A stretch of 64,000 bases of DNA. It comes from Podarcis gaigeae. Its lineage: Eukaryota. The DNA lies in the NCBI GenBank assembly GCA_964106915.2, contig OZ066916.1; one strand, given 5' to 3'. Shown here piece by piece: positions 26,089-41,232 of the stretch. A program made the position numbers and the translations under genes. The notes below the pieces were generated by a model, which saw nothing but the letters and a program-made list of their open reading frames with translations, was not told the DNA's origin and did not search any database. The stretch's first letter is position 1, and every line of letters begins with the position of its first letter.

Positions 26089-26120
<32 letters not shown>
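26089..26120. repeat. (CA)n microsatellite
   Basis: ~16 AC units. Confidence 0.9.
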
Positions 26121-26123
<3 letters not shown>

Positions 26124-26802
26124 CAGTTTTAAATTACATTCTATCAGACTTTATGGATCTGATTAACATTTTCTTATACTAACATAAAGAACCAGGCAAT
26201 AATTTATCTTCCTAGCTTGAGTTACACAGGTATTCTTTGTAAACTAGAATCCAACTTTTATCCAAAAATGCACTCTATGGACACAGTCAACTGGGTTTTA
26301 TGTTGCACACTATGCTCTGGATGTGAGAGAGCTGGCAAAAGTATATAGCTTTGTACCAGCATATCATCAAAACAACAGCAGTGGCTCTAAGGACAGGGAT
26401 TCTGTGGAAGCTACACACCTGCAATGAAATTCTCTGCATACAGAATGCTTAAGGCTTAAATACTTGATTTTACTAGAATTGCATTATATTTGGGGACAGA
26501 GGTGTGTACATGTGTGTGATGCATAGACTTTCATGGAGCTTGTATGTAGAAATAATGTTCACTCATAATTCACATAACAAGTAAATTGTTGTTGCAATGA
26601 ATAAAGCACATAAATATTACTTCAAATAAATTAGGGACTAAAAACCACCCTTCCTGTAAAGAACATGAGGAGCTTGAACTAGAAGGAATTTGATTCTCAT
26701 TGCAGAACCCCTCTCTGAAAGCTAAATTTGGGCAAAAAAATACTTTAAATAATATATGTAACTACTTTCTAAAGAAATGCATGACATATTGAGTTAGCTT
26801 AC

Positions 26803-26875
26803 CTCCTCTGAATCAGACAGGACTTTTTTCTTCATGGCATTATACAGTGGGATTATGTCATAACAAGCCTGATCT
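26803..26875 (-). CDS. PHIP: PHIP exon 33
   Basis: [24 protein letters not shown]|gtaag. Confidence 0.9.
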
Positions 26876-28038
26876 CTGTTCAATAAAACACTTTGCATTA
26901 ATAAGCTTATTTGCAGCCACAGATGCACAGAGTAACTTGGATCCTGAGCAGAAATCCAGTTACAGGATACTCGCTGGTGGGAGGAAGCAATTTTGGCTGA
27001 TTCTTTTTTTCCACTGCAGCTCCTTGCTCACTGGGTGACCCACTAGAGTAGCCTAGGTCTAGGAGACAGCACTGGGGGCTGGAGGTGGAACTGAAGATAG
27101 TTTTCCCTCTCCCTTCCACCAGTGGGAGCCTCCATTGGATTAGAGTCCCTTCTATTAATGGACGGAACCCTTACGCTCATGGTAAACCAAATCAGGATCT
27201 AAATGTCTATACAATACAGAATTGTATTGTTTCATGTTATTGGATTATAGCCAAAGTAATGCCAGAAGAGTTCCCTGGTGCAATGCTTCCATTCCCTCTC
27301 CTCTCCCCAATCTTCTGAAGAAGTTTCCTCAACTTTCCAGAGCTGATTTTGAGGGTGTGCATGGAGCTGAGAGGCAGAGGAGAGAAAGTTCCATTCTGCT
27401 ATCACAAGGCTTTTGCGCTAGCAGAATGGGAGCATGGAATACTGCCCAACATTAGGAAGATTTTAAATATCAACCTTCCTACTGTTTAAATGGTAATGTT
27501 AACTAACAATGTTCTCTCCTCTAAACATGTAAAAGAATATGCCTAGTATAAAGCATTGTCTTTCTTTGTATCTTTCTCAGATTATATTTTTCCTGCCTCT
27601 CTATCCAAAGCCACTTCTACTCAAAAACAAAACAAAACAGGAAAACCCTACGCATAAGCAGCCTCTAAGCTTTCAGCAATTAATTTTCAGGATTTCAACT
27701 ACCCGGCTTTCAACCACACAAAGTTGATATCACACAAATTAATCACGCATAAGATGCGATCGTACTGTATTCCCAATTCCTTGCCTTCCAGTAATGAGAA
27801 CAAGGTTAAATGAGTCCACAAAGGAATTTACAACACACTACTTCCATGGATAAAGTTGTTTCTGGAAGAGTGGTAATTGCTAAAAAAAATGAATTCTCTT
27901 ATTCACAATAACAATTAATAGTTCACTCTTACCCATTGTAAATATAAATAACATTCACTATAGATTAAAAGCATGTAAAGAATTCCTCTGGTTTATGCTA
28001 TTTCCACAATATGCACTGTGAGTCTGTTCATTAGCTTA

Positions 28039-28257
<219 letters not shown>

Positions 28258-28554
28258 TCAGTGTTTTACAAGCAAATTTCTGATAGCCCTTCCTCTCTGT
28301 CCCTCCCACATCCCCAAAATCTCCTAAAGAGGGCCGCTTCTGGAACAATTTTCGGGATACACATTTCTCAAAGTAGGGCTACATTAATAATATGGACAAA
28401 TTGTCAGAAATATAAAACCATCCTGACGAGAAGAAAAAAATGAGAGCTTAATACATGACTGCTTCAGTCAAGGCAGGAACAAACTGAATTATGGGACCTA
28501 CCTACTTCCTGCTTTTGACCACTAGGTGGAGTCATTACATATTTTAATGGATCA

Positions 28555-28800
28555 AATTGGGGACAGGTCTTCCATAACTGGGGCACCACCACTGAGAGAG
28601 CCTTCGCTCTGGTAGCTGCCCACCTTATCTCAGATGGCGGCAGCACTCACGGCAGGCCCTCCACTGCAAATGTATAGGTACGTATATCTGGCATAAGGCA
28701 GCCCTACAATTACCCTGGGTCCAAGCCATAAAGAGTTTTAAAGATCAATGCCAACACTCTGAATTAGTCCCAGAAATGGACCAGAAAACAGTGCAGCTGG
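28555..28800 (-). mobile_element. Old L2 LINE fragment
   Basis: ggcaccaccactgagagagcc...ccaacactctgaattagtcccagaaatggaccagaaaacagtgcag resembles the reversed L2 ORF2 end. Confidence 0.5.
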
Positions 28801-29210
28801 CCTAGATAAAAGAAATCACAGAATACTGTGTTGGTTGGTTCTGGTTCCTTGGGTTATGACAGGAGGCTCAAAGAGATAAAATTATGATCTTATAATCAAA
28901 AATACCTCCTGTAGGCTTCCTTTTAAGCAGTTCCAAGAGGAACAGCAGCTTTAACGTAAGTACTTGCTCAGTTAGAAAAACAGTTAAGAAAAGAAGGGAC
29001 CCATAAGCCATTTAGGATTTCCTTTAGACAAGAGGCAATCCACATCAAGGTACAGTGGGCTGGAGCATTGCAAGATTTAACCATAGGACAAGAAAGTCTT
29101 ATACAACAGTTTGACATTTCATTGTACATCACAGTAATTGATCTGTGCTGTACACAGCTCAGCTAGAAGCAAAAGCTGCCCAGGAAATTACCCTAACATA
29201 TATAAAATCA

Positions 29211-29408
<198 letters not shown>

Positions 29409-29797
29409 TTAGTGATAGGGAAGCAATTTTCTTAATGTGCAGCAGTAATTTGAGTGAGAGAGTGCCTAGCTAAAGAGGGAATTCTACAAGTCTTTCAATA
29501 AGAATGTGAAGTAGAAGTGACTTTTTTTTTTACTTGTAAGGTACTGAATATTTGTATTCTATGACGAACACACACAAAAATATTTTCTCCAAAGTCCATC
29601 TCATGCATGCCATTTTCCGGCATAGAAATGATTGCCACAGATGAAGTGGACTGAAAAACTTTAATTTCAGTATGTGTTTTGAGAAGAATTTTAATACAGA
29701 AGGCCAAATTAAAAATATGCAGGAATGTGAGACTATCTTAATGGATAGAAATGAAAAAACAAACACTTTCCCCCCCTTCTTTCACATTAAACATTAC

Positions 29798-29953
29798 CTA
29801 AAGTCATCAGCTGGTTTATCCCTGAAATTATTCTTTCACATTCATCATCACGAGTCCTGGAACCCCACTCTCCTTCCAAAGGCTTGTAGATTAATGATCT
29901 GCTTTCAATATTAGTTAAAGGAACACTAGTTCCAAGCTCCTCTGGAAACACAG
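29798..29953 (-). CDS. PHIP: PHIP exon 30
   Basis: [51 protein letters not shown]. Confidence 0.92.
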
Positions 29954-31938
29954 CTGAAAGAGACACAAAATGAACATAATAGCTGATATAATTATCCTTG
30001 CAACTTAAGAAATTGCATACCTATATATATAAACACAATGGTATAAACAATTCACAGCCCACTATTGTTTTTAAGAGCAACTAACTGATTGTGGAATATT
30101 ATAAATGCATTTGGAAGAAAAACAAATACTTACTTCTGCGTTACAGAGCATCTTCCATTATTAACATGCTTATACAGAGTCATAGCTAGCTAGGATTTTT
30201 TTTGTTTAAAGAATGAAATGAAACAATCTATCCTTAAGGGGTGGGAGGCTATATACATTCGAGCTACACATCTACATTTTTAATATATCTAATTACTTTT
30301 ACAGTATTGCAAATCTTCTTGATTGAGGTCAGCATGTAAATGAATTCATCTCCACGTCACACAAATATAATGATAAACATTCTTGTTAACCAGTCTGGAG
30401 TCTGGCATTAAACATTTAGGATTTCTAAGGAAGAGCTAAAATGAGACCCAACTAAAATTAGAATCTTAAGTAGCTAAGTTTGAAGAATAATGTTAGAAGG
30501 CGCAAAAGAAACTTATGGTTAGGGTCTCTCCTAGCACTAGGGTACACTAAAGCGTTTTGTAAACCACTAAACCACTTTGTAACCTTGACAATTCCAACAT
30601 TTAATGGTCAAAGCTTTTCTTTATAAAAGTAGAGGCTGTTCCATATAGCAAGCAGTTTATGAAGTTTCTACTTTCCTTCTCACTGTAGTCAACATGGCAA
30701 GTGATCAGCATTCCTTCCACCTTTGGAGCTATGGAGATGGGTGGGGTACATTCTAGGAGTTGCATAGTGATTCCTGCCCCTTTCCCAAGCTCCAAGGTTG
30801 GAAGCAAGACAGAAAGTTATTTAGTTGCTCTGTTGATGAGGTGACTAGCACTTCTTTTCTCTCTTCCTGTTCGTAATGAATTGTGAATTGTTTACATTGA
30901 TGGAGATTCTTTAAATTAAGTATTTTAATGTTATTTGTATTGTATAGGAAATGACATGTATAACAATGTATTGCTGGTGTTTATTTAGAATAGAGTAGAA
31001 TTTTATTATTACGGTCACAGACCAGTTCCGGGTCACTTACAATTTCCCTTTGTTTTTCATACTTTTCTGTGAATTGCTTTTGGGTGTACTTATATAGAAG
31101 AACAGAATACAAATATAGTGACTGACTGAAAGTTGTATCCAAAAGCATTGCTGAGCAGACAGATTTCCATCAGTGGAACAGGATCCCCGTCTCCCTTGCA
31201 GCTCTTATCCAATCAGCTCTGGAGGGTTGGGGACCCAAATAGTTTGCCAAGTGCCGCTGTCTCCATACAGCTGTATTTCAAGTGATCACCAACACCAAAG
31301 TGGGGGATTTTTGGCCCTTCAAGCATTTAACTACAGCTCACATCAGCCAAAGCAACCATGGCCAATGGCTAACGTTAATGTGAGCTGTAGTTCAGCAACA
31401 TTTGAAGGGCCAGAGGTTCCCACACCTGACCTACATAAACAAATTAATTGGGAGAGTTTTCATTCTTCCACTTTACCACTCATGAGTAGGAACAATCATC
31501 ATAATACTCCTAAAGTGTTAAACTTAAACAATTTATATATCAATATCTGTTGAACCTAACAGAGCAAGGTGAATCCAGCAGTGAATCCAGTGAATTACAG
31601 TGAATCCAGCAGTGTTATGAACTCTGGCCTTGGGAATTGACCCCAGCAAGGCAGTAGAAGGACAAGTTTTGGAGTCTTTGCAAAATGTTTGCTTCCAAGT
31701 AGTTTAACAACAAAATTTTGTATCAATTTCTGAAAACCAGGCAACCAAAATGCAATGTTCAATTTTCTTAAAACAGGTAACTAGTTAGTTCACAGACATT
31801 TTATTAATGTAATAAAGAAATTGATTCGTTTTCCCTTCTTTTATAGCATAATCAGCGTAACTTCTTTATAGTTCATCACATACGTACATAGTAAGTTCTG
31901 TCTCCTTTCTGTACATCTAGGGGAAAGTAGACACATAC

Positions 31939-32000
31939 CATTGTTTGGTATAGGCTCCATATCCCAAGGACTCATTTTCTCAGCATCTCCATTGTCCCAA
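31939..32000 (-). CDS. PHIP: PHIP exon 29
   Basis: [20 protein letters not shown]. Confidence 0.92.
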
Positions 32001-32131
32001 CTTCAAGAGAGAGAGAAAATTGCAATCAAGTTAAAGTTACTATTACTTATCTGAATATGTAGATGATCAACACTTTACCCCAGAAATATTTTCAACAAAA
32101 TGCAGGTAGCAAACGTACCAGCTAATGATTA

Positions 32132-32374
<243 letters not shown>

Positions 32375-32967
32375 TTATAATCATGACCAGTATTATTAGA
32401 GGTAGCTTTTGCCAACTATTGAACAAACAAGAAGATGCAACACCCTGACAACTTTCCATTAGCAGGACTGCATAAAGCTTCAGCTCTCTAATGACACCAT
32501 TACAACCAGATAAGCTTGACAAAAGAAGATTCATTTCAGCGGGCTGCAAAATACTCCCAAAGGTAAGATGCCACAGAGGCTCTTTTGTTATTAAACAGGT
32601 CTGTGTCACATCCTTTAATCTCATGTTGAGACTGTATGACAGAAGCAGTCTGTTTCCAGATATAAAGAAGGCCGCCATAAATTTGGCCCATATTCCTTCC
32701 TCCTACTACAGCATTCATTTTCTCAACATATGGGACATGAACAGTTCAAATACAGATCTGCATCCTGCATGTGGGCTTTAGCCAGCTCTGTTCACCAGGC
32801 TTAGAGGGCGAGGGCTGACTCCTCTCCATTCAGTCCTCTCTCCCCTCCCCTGTATGTGATCAGTATTGACAACACTAGCTATCTGTTCAGCAGACACTGT
32901 TGGTCCAGGGATAAAAAATGGGCCCTGAAATCCCATTTCTTGACTTACAATTACAGGAGAAGACAAG

Positions 32968-33149
32968 TTACAGATAGGTAGCCGTGTTGGTCTGCCATAG
33001 TCAAAACAAAAAAATTCCTTCCAGTAGCACCTTAGAGACCAACTAAGTTAGTTCTTGGTATGAGCTTTCGTGTGCATGCACACGAAAGCTCATACCAAGA
33101 ACTAACTTAGTTGGTCTCTAAGGTGCTACTGGAAGGAATTTTTTTGTTT
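32968..33149. mobile_element. Penelope-like element remnant forming a perfect 146-bp palindrome
   Basis: 13-bp TSD aggagaagacaag (32955-32967 / 33150-33162); terminus gttacagataggtagccgtgttggtctg and tagcaccttagagaccaact typical of reptile Penelope pseudo-LTRs. Confidence 0.75.
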
Positions 33150-33815
33150 AGGAGAAGACAAGGCAGACAATAGCTTATTCATTCAGAACATACTCCTAAA
33201 AATATACTAAAACAAAAATGTTTAAATTCTCTTCAGGGTTGTTGTTTTTTTAGTTTTTCATACCCAACTGTATTGCAAAAGTAATATTGATTTTGAATGT
33301 TATCTATGTTAGTATTACTCATCAATACTAATATTCATTAGTATTGTCAAGAAATAAAAGATTTATCATAATCCTATGGTCAACTGTATAGTATAGAAAC
33401 GAATTTTTAAAATTTTCTGCTTTAATAATTGCTTTCAATTATTGTTGCTTCTAAAATACAGGTGAGGCAACTTGTTTTAATGTGAATCTATATGGCTTCC
33501 TGTTTCACTCATCCACCCAAAAATCTGCGATCTTGGTTGAAAGGACTTCTGTTCTTAATCAAGGAGCTCAGGCTTTGCAGGCCTTTAATTAGCTGAATAA
33601 AAGCCATGTTGCCACAGTTTTCTGCGTTGACCTAGTCAGCTCAGCTTTTACCTTCCTTAAAAAAGTGAACGCAAAATTGGGAAAATACATTAAGTCTGGT
33701 ATCTCTAGTTCAAAGCAGAAAGCTTAGCAGGTTTGAGTAAATAATCCATATTTATATTTAATGCTCAGAATTATAATTAACACCTCCCAAAATTACTGAT
33801 ACCGTGATTGTATTA

Positions 33816-33959
<144 letters not shown>

Positions 33960-34377
33960 TCATTGCTGAAAGTATTTGAGAACATATCAATTCCAAGTAA
34001 AGATTTAGTAGACTTTGTAGAAGAACTTCAGTGTCGTCGTCCCCCCCTTTAAGGGATAAAGTAGAAGTTTGGTAGAAGACCAAATTAACACTGAATTGCT
34101 GGGAAGTGGGGGGGGGGGGGCTGGTTAAAATGAAGGCGTGCACACAGAAGTATAGCCCATTACTGCTCTCTTATCTTCTCTTGATTTCTATTTTCAACAG
34201 GTGAAAGAAAGGGAAGAATGAATTTCTTTCAGAAGTTCAAAGCTTTGAAAGTTACTTAGGAAGCCCTTTTAAGCTTCATTTTATAAGGACCTTTTAATTT
34301 AGATCCACTGCGAGCATATTACAAACACTTATTTAGCCACAAATATTACAACAGCCGTATGTGAACAGTGGCCCTTA

Positions 34378-34650
<273 letters not shown>

Positions 34651-35046
34651 TTAGTAATTTTTAAATGTATTTAATGTTGTACATTACTTCAGTGTCTAAA
34701 GACGATAGAGAATGTGATTCAAATACTACAGTACATGAGAGGGGGCTGAGGAGAAGGCAATGTGGTGTATAAATTATACAGAAACTTAATATACAAACAT
34801 TATACAAAAACATAAGAAATAGGACCATGCTAACAGCTACTCTTCATTTGGCAATATATTTATCCTTTGCTGTCATGACCACAAAACACTGAAATTGCAC
34901 TCAACTTACAAGACGTTAGGAACAGTCAATGGCAGCAAGGGATGGAGGGAAATGCACACAAGATAGGAGAGTTTCAAGGATAAAGAATGCCACCTTGCCT
35001 TCTGAGTTTAGGGGAGTTACTCCAAGATAAATACGTACAGAAATTA

Positions 35047-35202
<156 letters not shown>

Positions 35203-35780
35203 TTAAAAAAATGCCACCCGACTTGATGTGTGAAAAAGTTGTTGATTCAAAAACATTAAATGTCTAGAGATATTTTTCTTGAAATTCTCTTCTTTTTAAA
35301 ACTTGGAAGTCCATTTACCCAGCCGCATAACACATACTTAAATATCAGAGGACATGCTATTTGTCATTTCTACTTCCTGACCAGCGGCCACCTCTTCCCT
35401 TACCTCGTTTTCACTGTTCCAGTCATGTCCTCTGCTACAATTCTGTTTCTACTCCCGCTAGCCTTTTCCACACAACATGAAGTGGTTGCTTTGTACATGT
35501 TTCTGTATCATCTTTGAGAAGTGCCTGCTCTCAGCAAGCACCCATAATATTTTTATACATTTATGAAATGTGTACATTTTGGGTTCTACCTAGCTTACAA
35601 TAGCAAAATAGTCATGCTATGCTTTTCTCATTATTGCACATAATAAGAAACCAGTGAAGTGGCTAATAAGGCTCGCAGCTATATTTAAAAACAGAATTCA
35701 ACACTAATAATCAGTTTAAACATTCTGAAGCTTTTAATACACCACAGTGCAAGTTTATAACATTCAGGGGGGAAAAGAAA

Positions 35781-36140
35781 AGAGGTAAGAACCCCAGGAC
35801 TGTTAAAGGCGACTATGGGGTGCAGCGCTCATCTCACTTCAGGGCAAGGGAACCAGCGTTTGTCCAGACAGCTTTCCAGGTCATGTGGCCAGCATGACTA
35901 CACTGCTTCTGGCGCAACAGGACACCGTGACAAGTGCCAGAGCACACAGAAACATCATTTACCTTCCTGCCACAGCAATACCTATTTATCTACTTGCACT
36001 GGTATGCTTTCAATCTGCTAGGTTGGCAGAAGATGGGATAGAGCAACGGGAGCTGACTCCATCATGTGAATTCAAACCGCCGACCTTCCAACAGGCAAGC
36101 CCAAGAGGCTCAGTGGCTTAGACCACAGCACTACCTGCTC
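35781..36140 (-). mobile_element. Sauria SINE, near full length, diverged
   Basis: aggtaagaccccaggactgttaaaggcgactatgggg...tttaccttcc...tatttatctacttgcact...ttcaaaccgccgaccttcc; homologous to 1-246. Confidence 0.8.
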
Positions 36141-36174
36141 CTATTTTATAACATTAGAATAAGATAACACCTGG

Positions 36175-36380
36175 AATTTTATTTATTACATCCATCTTTC
36201 ATCTAAGGAACTCAAGGTGGCATACAGGGCTCTTGGTCTCCTCATATTATCCCAACAACACCTGATGGGGAAGTATGCAGCAGGCCTAAGGTCACCCAGC
36301 AACCTTCACAGCCAAGTAGAAATTTTGAACCTTTCTCTCCCAAATCCTACTCTGACACTCTAACCATTGTAGCACCTGAG
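36175..36380 (-). mobile_element. Old MIR-like CORE SINE
   Basis: gcctaaggtcacccagc...tttgaacc...tctaaccattgtagcac. Confidence 0.5.
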
Positions 36381-37427
36381 CTCTCCTAAACAAAACAGTT
36401 TTCCAGTTTCTGAGCAAAAGGGCTGATTCAGTTTATGGTGTGATGCTGAAACACCATGCCCTCTTGCCATGGCTACAGGGCCACTGGAATCCACACACCA
36501 CAAAACTTTGGGAGGAAAACCTAAGCTCAGATAAGCCTGCCAGAATTGCGATCTTCCATAAATATGGTCCGTACAATCAACAAGCACACCACACCTATAA
36601 TTTCTTCTGGCTGACCCAGTTTTCTAGGCTGAAAATTGTTGGAGAATCAAGGACTAAACAATCCTGTAAGGTAGAATGTTTTCTCCCACACCATGTTTTC
36701 CCTTCTCTGCCAAGAATCTATTGTAACAAGTCTTACTAACTTTATAGAGAGCAGATCAGTCTAATTTCTTATCCTGAAGACCCTATTATACTGGGTGCAA
36801 ATCTAAGGATTGTTGGATGTCCTTCCCTCATGCCACCAGAGACAAATGTTTCTGTAATAGAAGCTATAATGAACTGAGTAAATTTGCTTTAGGTATCAGA
36901 CATTTGGCACTATATATAGATGGTGTGAGCTAGCTGAATTTATCAATAACTCTACCCAACCAAAATTTCTGCACTGTAACAAAAGAGGGGTTATTGGCAA
37001 CTCTAATGATGGCTCCCATAAAAGGAGCTCTCAAAAAGCTCTGCCCCAGCAGCCTGCCAAGGGAGAAGAAATAAGGGAGGGGGAGAAATGCTCTCTTAAC
37101 TCTGCACACCTCACCACTGCAATGATTTGCAAGGTTCACACATCTTGTGGACTGAAGAGTATACAGGCCTAAGAGACAAGCATCACATATATAGTTTTCC
37201 TTCTCTATGAATTGCAATGCATTCCTCTTATACTGTTTGCATCACTCAACAGTGACAAGTAGAGATAACTGGTATTTTAAAAACAAGCACCACTGTTCTG
37301 GGTTATTCCAGTGTTCTGCTTTGTTTTTGTTTTAATTACTCTGAAAATAGACTAATACAATAAAACAAGAATACCTAGACAGAGCACAGAATGAATAAAG
37401 GGGGGGGGAAGAAATTTTTTAACGTAC

Positions 37428-37547
37428 CTCATCTCCCATTTGTGGTACAAATGGGCATCGGCGAGGAACAAGGTCTGTGATCCACACAGAAGGCAGCCAT
37501 TCTTCCAATGTCAAGCCATTTTCTGCCAACACTCCCACAGCCAACCT
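37428..37547 (-). CDS. PHIP: PHIP exon 24
   Basis: [40 protein letters not shown]. Confidence 0.93.
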
Positions 37548-39028
37548 CTAAAAGAAACCCCACAATAAATCTGAATTAATCTCTAGCATTTTTTATATAA
37601 AAAACAAAAAAACAACAACTGTATTTGAGGCATCATTAAAAGTCTAAAGAATTACTGAAAAATATATTTAATTTGAAATATTATGGTTAGCCATCCGGGG
37701 GGGGGGGGGGGGGCGGACGAAATAGGAGAATGTTTGTAACAGGAGCAAACCTGACACACCCCTTGTCTACATAGGACTCCCACCATGGGTCCTGCTTCTT
37801 ATGCTAGACTGTGATAGAACTCTGAAAATGAAAGATTGTGTATTTACTAGCACATCTGTTCCTGTGTGTGCATGGAGGGTATATATTGCCTGGACCATGG
37901 GAAGGCACAAGTGGGTGGGTGCTTTGTGGGAAGCCTACTGTAATGCAACTCAACCACTTCTGCTATACCTCAATTTGCAGTTCATTTGCTTAATCCCACT
38001 GATCCACTGGTTGCCACTAAGAATCGACCCAGACTCCATCTGCATAATTTAGCTCTGTTGCAAGAGCTAACTTTTTTCAATGGGTGGATATATAGAAAAG
38101 TGCAGAGATGAAGAAACAGCTCTCTGTAATGCAGAGAGAATCTTCTTACTGCATCAAAATTGTTATTTACAGAATCTGTATTTTCTAACTATCTGGTTTG
38201 AAATAAATTCAATTGTGTGGTTTGGGAAACCACCCAAAATGTTTTTCATTAATTTAAAAAACGTCCAAATGCAATGCTGCTCTAGCTACACTGCTCTCTC
38301 TCACGCTATGCAGCCATTAACAGCAACTATGGTCTGGAAAGGATTCCAGGAGGGAGAGGGTAAAAGGGAAAGCTTATGTTAAGTGGCTAATCCTTTTCCA
38401 GCTCAGCTGCTTGTTTGTTTGTTTTAAGTACATGGTTTTCAATGTATCCATTATTTTTCCTTAATGTTTGGAGTTGCTTTGTGGAATACAGTTGGAAAGT
38501 AGAAAGCAAGTCTATTAGAATATAAACACACAGTATCAAAATCTTCTATAAGCTTGAATTTACCTTGGTTGTGCTCATATCCACATTATTAAAATAAAGC
38601 CTAATTGAGGTCTTCAAAGTAAATTTTCAAAAGATAGTCACCATCTTCACATCCTTACTGCAGAGTATGATTTTTACCAACTGCTATTTTTTAATGGTGG
38701 GTCCCCACAATTTTCATGAAAAGAATTAATGAAGCCATGAAGACTGAAGCAGTGGGACCAGTAAATGGAGATTAGTTACTTTGCAAGTTGTCTCCAATCT
38801 GATATATAGACCAACCCTGCAATTCAGTCTCTGGTTTGGAAATCGGAAGCTTCTGCTTTAAATTAGCCACAATTTAGCCTCCATCCAAACTCAGTTGTGG
38901 TTAATCTTAACTATATTGTAGTTAGTGAAAACAAGTCAGCTTCATAAATCAATTTGGTTCATTTCCACTAATCATACCTAAGACTAACTGCCATTTGTCC
39001 TGGTTTGGATGTCATAAGAAGCTACAGT

Positions 39029-39562
39029 TAGCCTGGATAGCTCAGTTGGTTAGAGCATGGTGCTGATAATGTCAAGGTTGCAAGTTTGATTCCCATATGG
39101 GAGAGCTGCATTGTCAGGGAAGAGTTAGAAGTCTCCAGTTTCTCAGAGGGAGAAAGCATTTCCCAAGGGGGGAGGGGAGCAGTGAAGCTAATAGAAGAGA
39201 ACAGGAGGAACAACAGGGAGGGACCGGCTGTTCCCAGGAAAGGCAAGGGTTCAGTTCTAGCTCAGATTCGGAGGAGGGGAGATACAGGCCAGCTCTAGCC
39301 AGGAGGTTAGAAAAAAGAGCGGGAAAACGAAGGGAAGGGTGCGTTCAACATTTTGAGGGTGGCTGGTCATGGAGAAGCAGAGCTCAGAAGGTATCTGAAA
39401 GAAGTGACTCTGAGGAATGATATTTAAGAACCGTTTATAAGATTGTTTTGTTAATAATCAATAAAAAGTTATAAAAGAACAAGAAGCGTTCGTATGGTGA
39501 TCTGAAGAGGACAACGACCAGTCCTGACATGCATATTCCTGCATTGCAGGGGGTTGGACTGA
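39029..39562 (+). mobile_element. tRNA-head SINE with CR1-like tail, interrupted by a solo LTR
   Basis: gcctggatagctcagttggttagagcatggtgctgataa head (39031-39111) resumes after the insert as attcctgcattgcagggggttggact. Confidence 0.7.
39112..39529 (+). mobile_element. Solo LTR (418 bp, probably Gypsy/ERV type)
   Basis: TG...CA termini with 7-bp inverted ends TGTCAGG/CCTGACA, perfect 5-bp TSD TGCAT, internal AATAAA near 39460. Confidence 0.8.
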
Positions 39563-40528
39563 GGCTTGGGCAAATAACATTAAATCATACGGAGTAATTT
39601 TCTGTTAGAAAATGGATATAAATATTCTACACACCAGCACACCATAGTTTAGCATTATATGTGAAACAGGTTAGGATTTTGCCATTCAAGGGATGGCAGT
39701 CCCCGCCCCCGCCCCCCCACAGGTACTCAGGATCCTGTACAATTAATCAACAAGTAGGGAACTGCTGCAGAAAAACATTGGCTCGGATCCAAACATACAT
39801 CTATGAACAGAACAGAATTTACTTTCACAGAACAGAGCTTTCCTGCCTCCCTATTCCCTTTATGCATTCTGCTACTTCAGAAATCTGCTCTGGGATTGGG
39901 AAGCCCTAATGAACAGTGTGGGATATGGTACAGAGGGCTACAAATAGAGAAGGGGTTTTACAGAAATGTCCTTCTTTCTTACAGGAACAGAGGAGCAACT
40001 TGATAGCCAAAACAATATCTGGAAAAGCCCTACAAAGTAGTAGAAAACACAGAAGAAATACAGGAATACAACCAGGGTTGTTGTTCCAAGTCCCCAAACA
40101 GCTTTTATGTGGCTGTCCTCTATGACAATGGATTAACATAATCCATAAAGCATTCCACAGGTGAATGATTAAAAAAAAGGTGCATTCAAAATGCACGAGG
40201 ACAGGTACCATCACTACATTTAATCTAAATGAAAGTCACACTGCATGAGAACAAAACCACTCTACTAATGGGTTGGATCAAAGAGATTCTCTTCTGTTGA
40301 TGAAAGGATTCCTCTCCTGTGTATTTAACACATGCAAGACTTCAAAACTCTTGCAAAGTAAAAAAGAAAGTAGCACTTTCAAGTTCAGAAACATGTAAGT
40401 ACATTAATGTAGTGTGGTGGGTGCCTTAAAATTATAACTGCCATTCATAGGAATCAATATTGACAACAATTAAAGTAATATTACTGCTAATCAGAAGTAT
40501 GTTTATATTAGCTAATGTTCTACTACTA

Positions 40529-40843
<315 letters not shown>

Positions 40844-40954
40844 TTAAAATCTAGAGAGCTACACTGGCTCCCAGTACATTTCTGAGCACAATTCAAAGTC
40901 TTGGTGCAGACCTGAAGTATACCTGAAGGAGTGTCTCCACCTTCATCGTTCTGC

Positions 40955-41232
40955 CCCGACACTAAGGTCCAGCGCCAGGGACCTTCTGGCGGTTCCCTTG
41001 CTGCGAGAAGCCAAGTTACAGAGAACCAGGCAGAGGGCCTTCTCGGTAGTGGCACCCACCCTGTAGAATGCCCTTCCACCAGATGTCAAAGAGAAGAACA
41101 ACTACCAGACTTTTAGAAGACATCTGAAGGCAGCCCTGTTTAGGGATGCTTTTAGTGTTTAACAGACCACTGTATTTTAATATTTTGTTGGAAGCTGCCC
41201 AGAGTGGCTGGGGTTATTATTATTATTATTAT
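40955..41232 (+). mobile_element. L2-clade LINE 3' end with (TTA)n tail
   Basis: gaaccaggcagagggccttctcggtagtgg...agacatctgaaggcagccctgtttaggga...ttattattatt. Confidence 0.7.

Noticed and set aside
37696-37712. Poly-G run (possible G-quadruplex)
   Set aside because: Simple homopolymer, common in this genome (also near 25972 and 34108); no further support.
39031-39105. tRNA-like sequence (gatagctcagttggttagagca...)
   Set aside because: Degenerate T-arm and acceptor stem, and it continues into a SINE body; it is a SINE head, not a tRNA gene.
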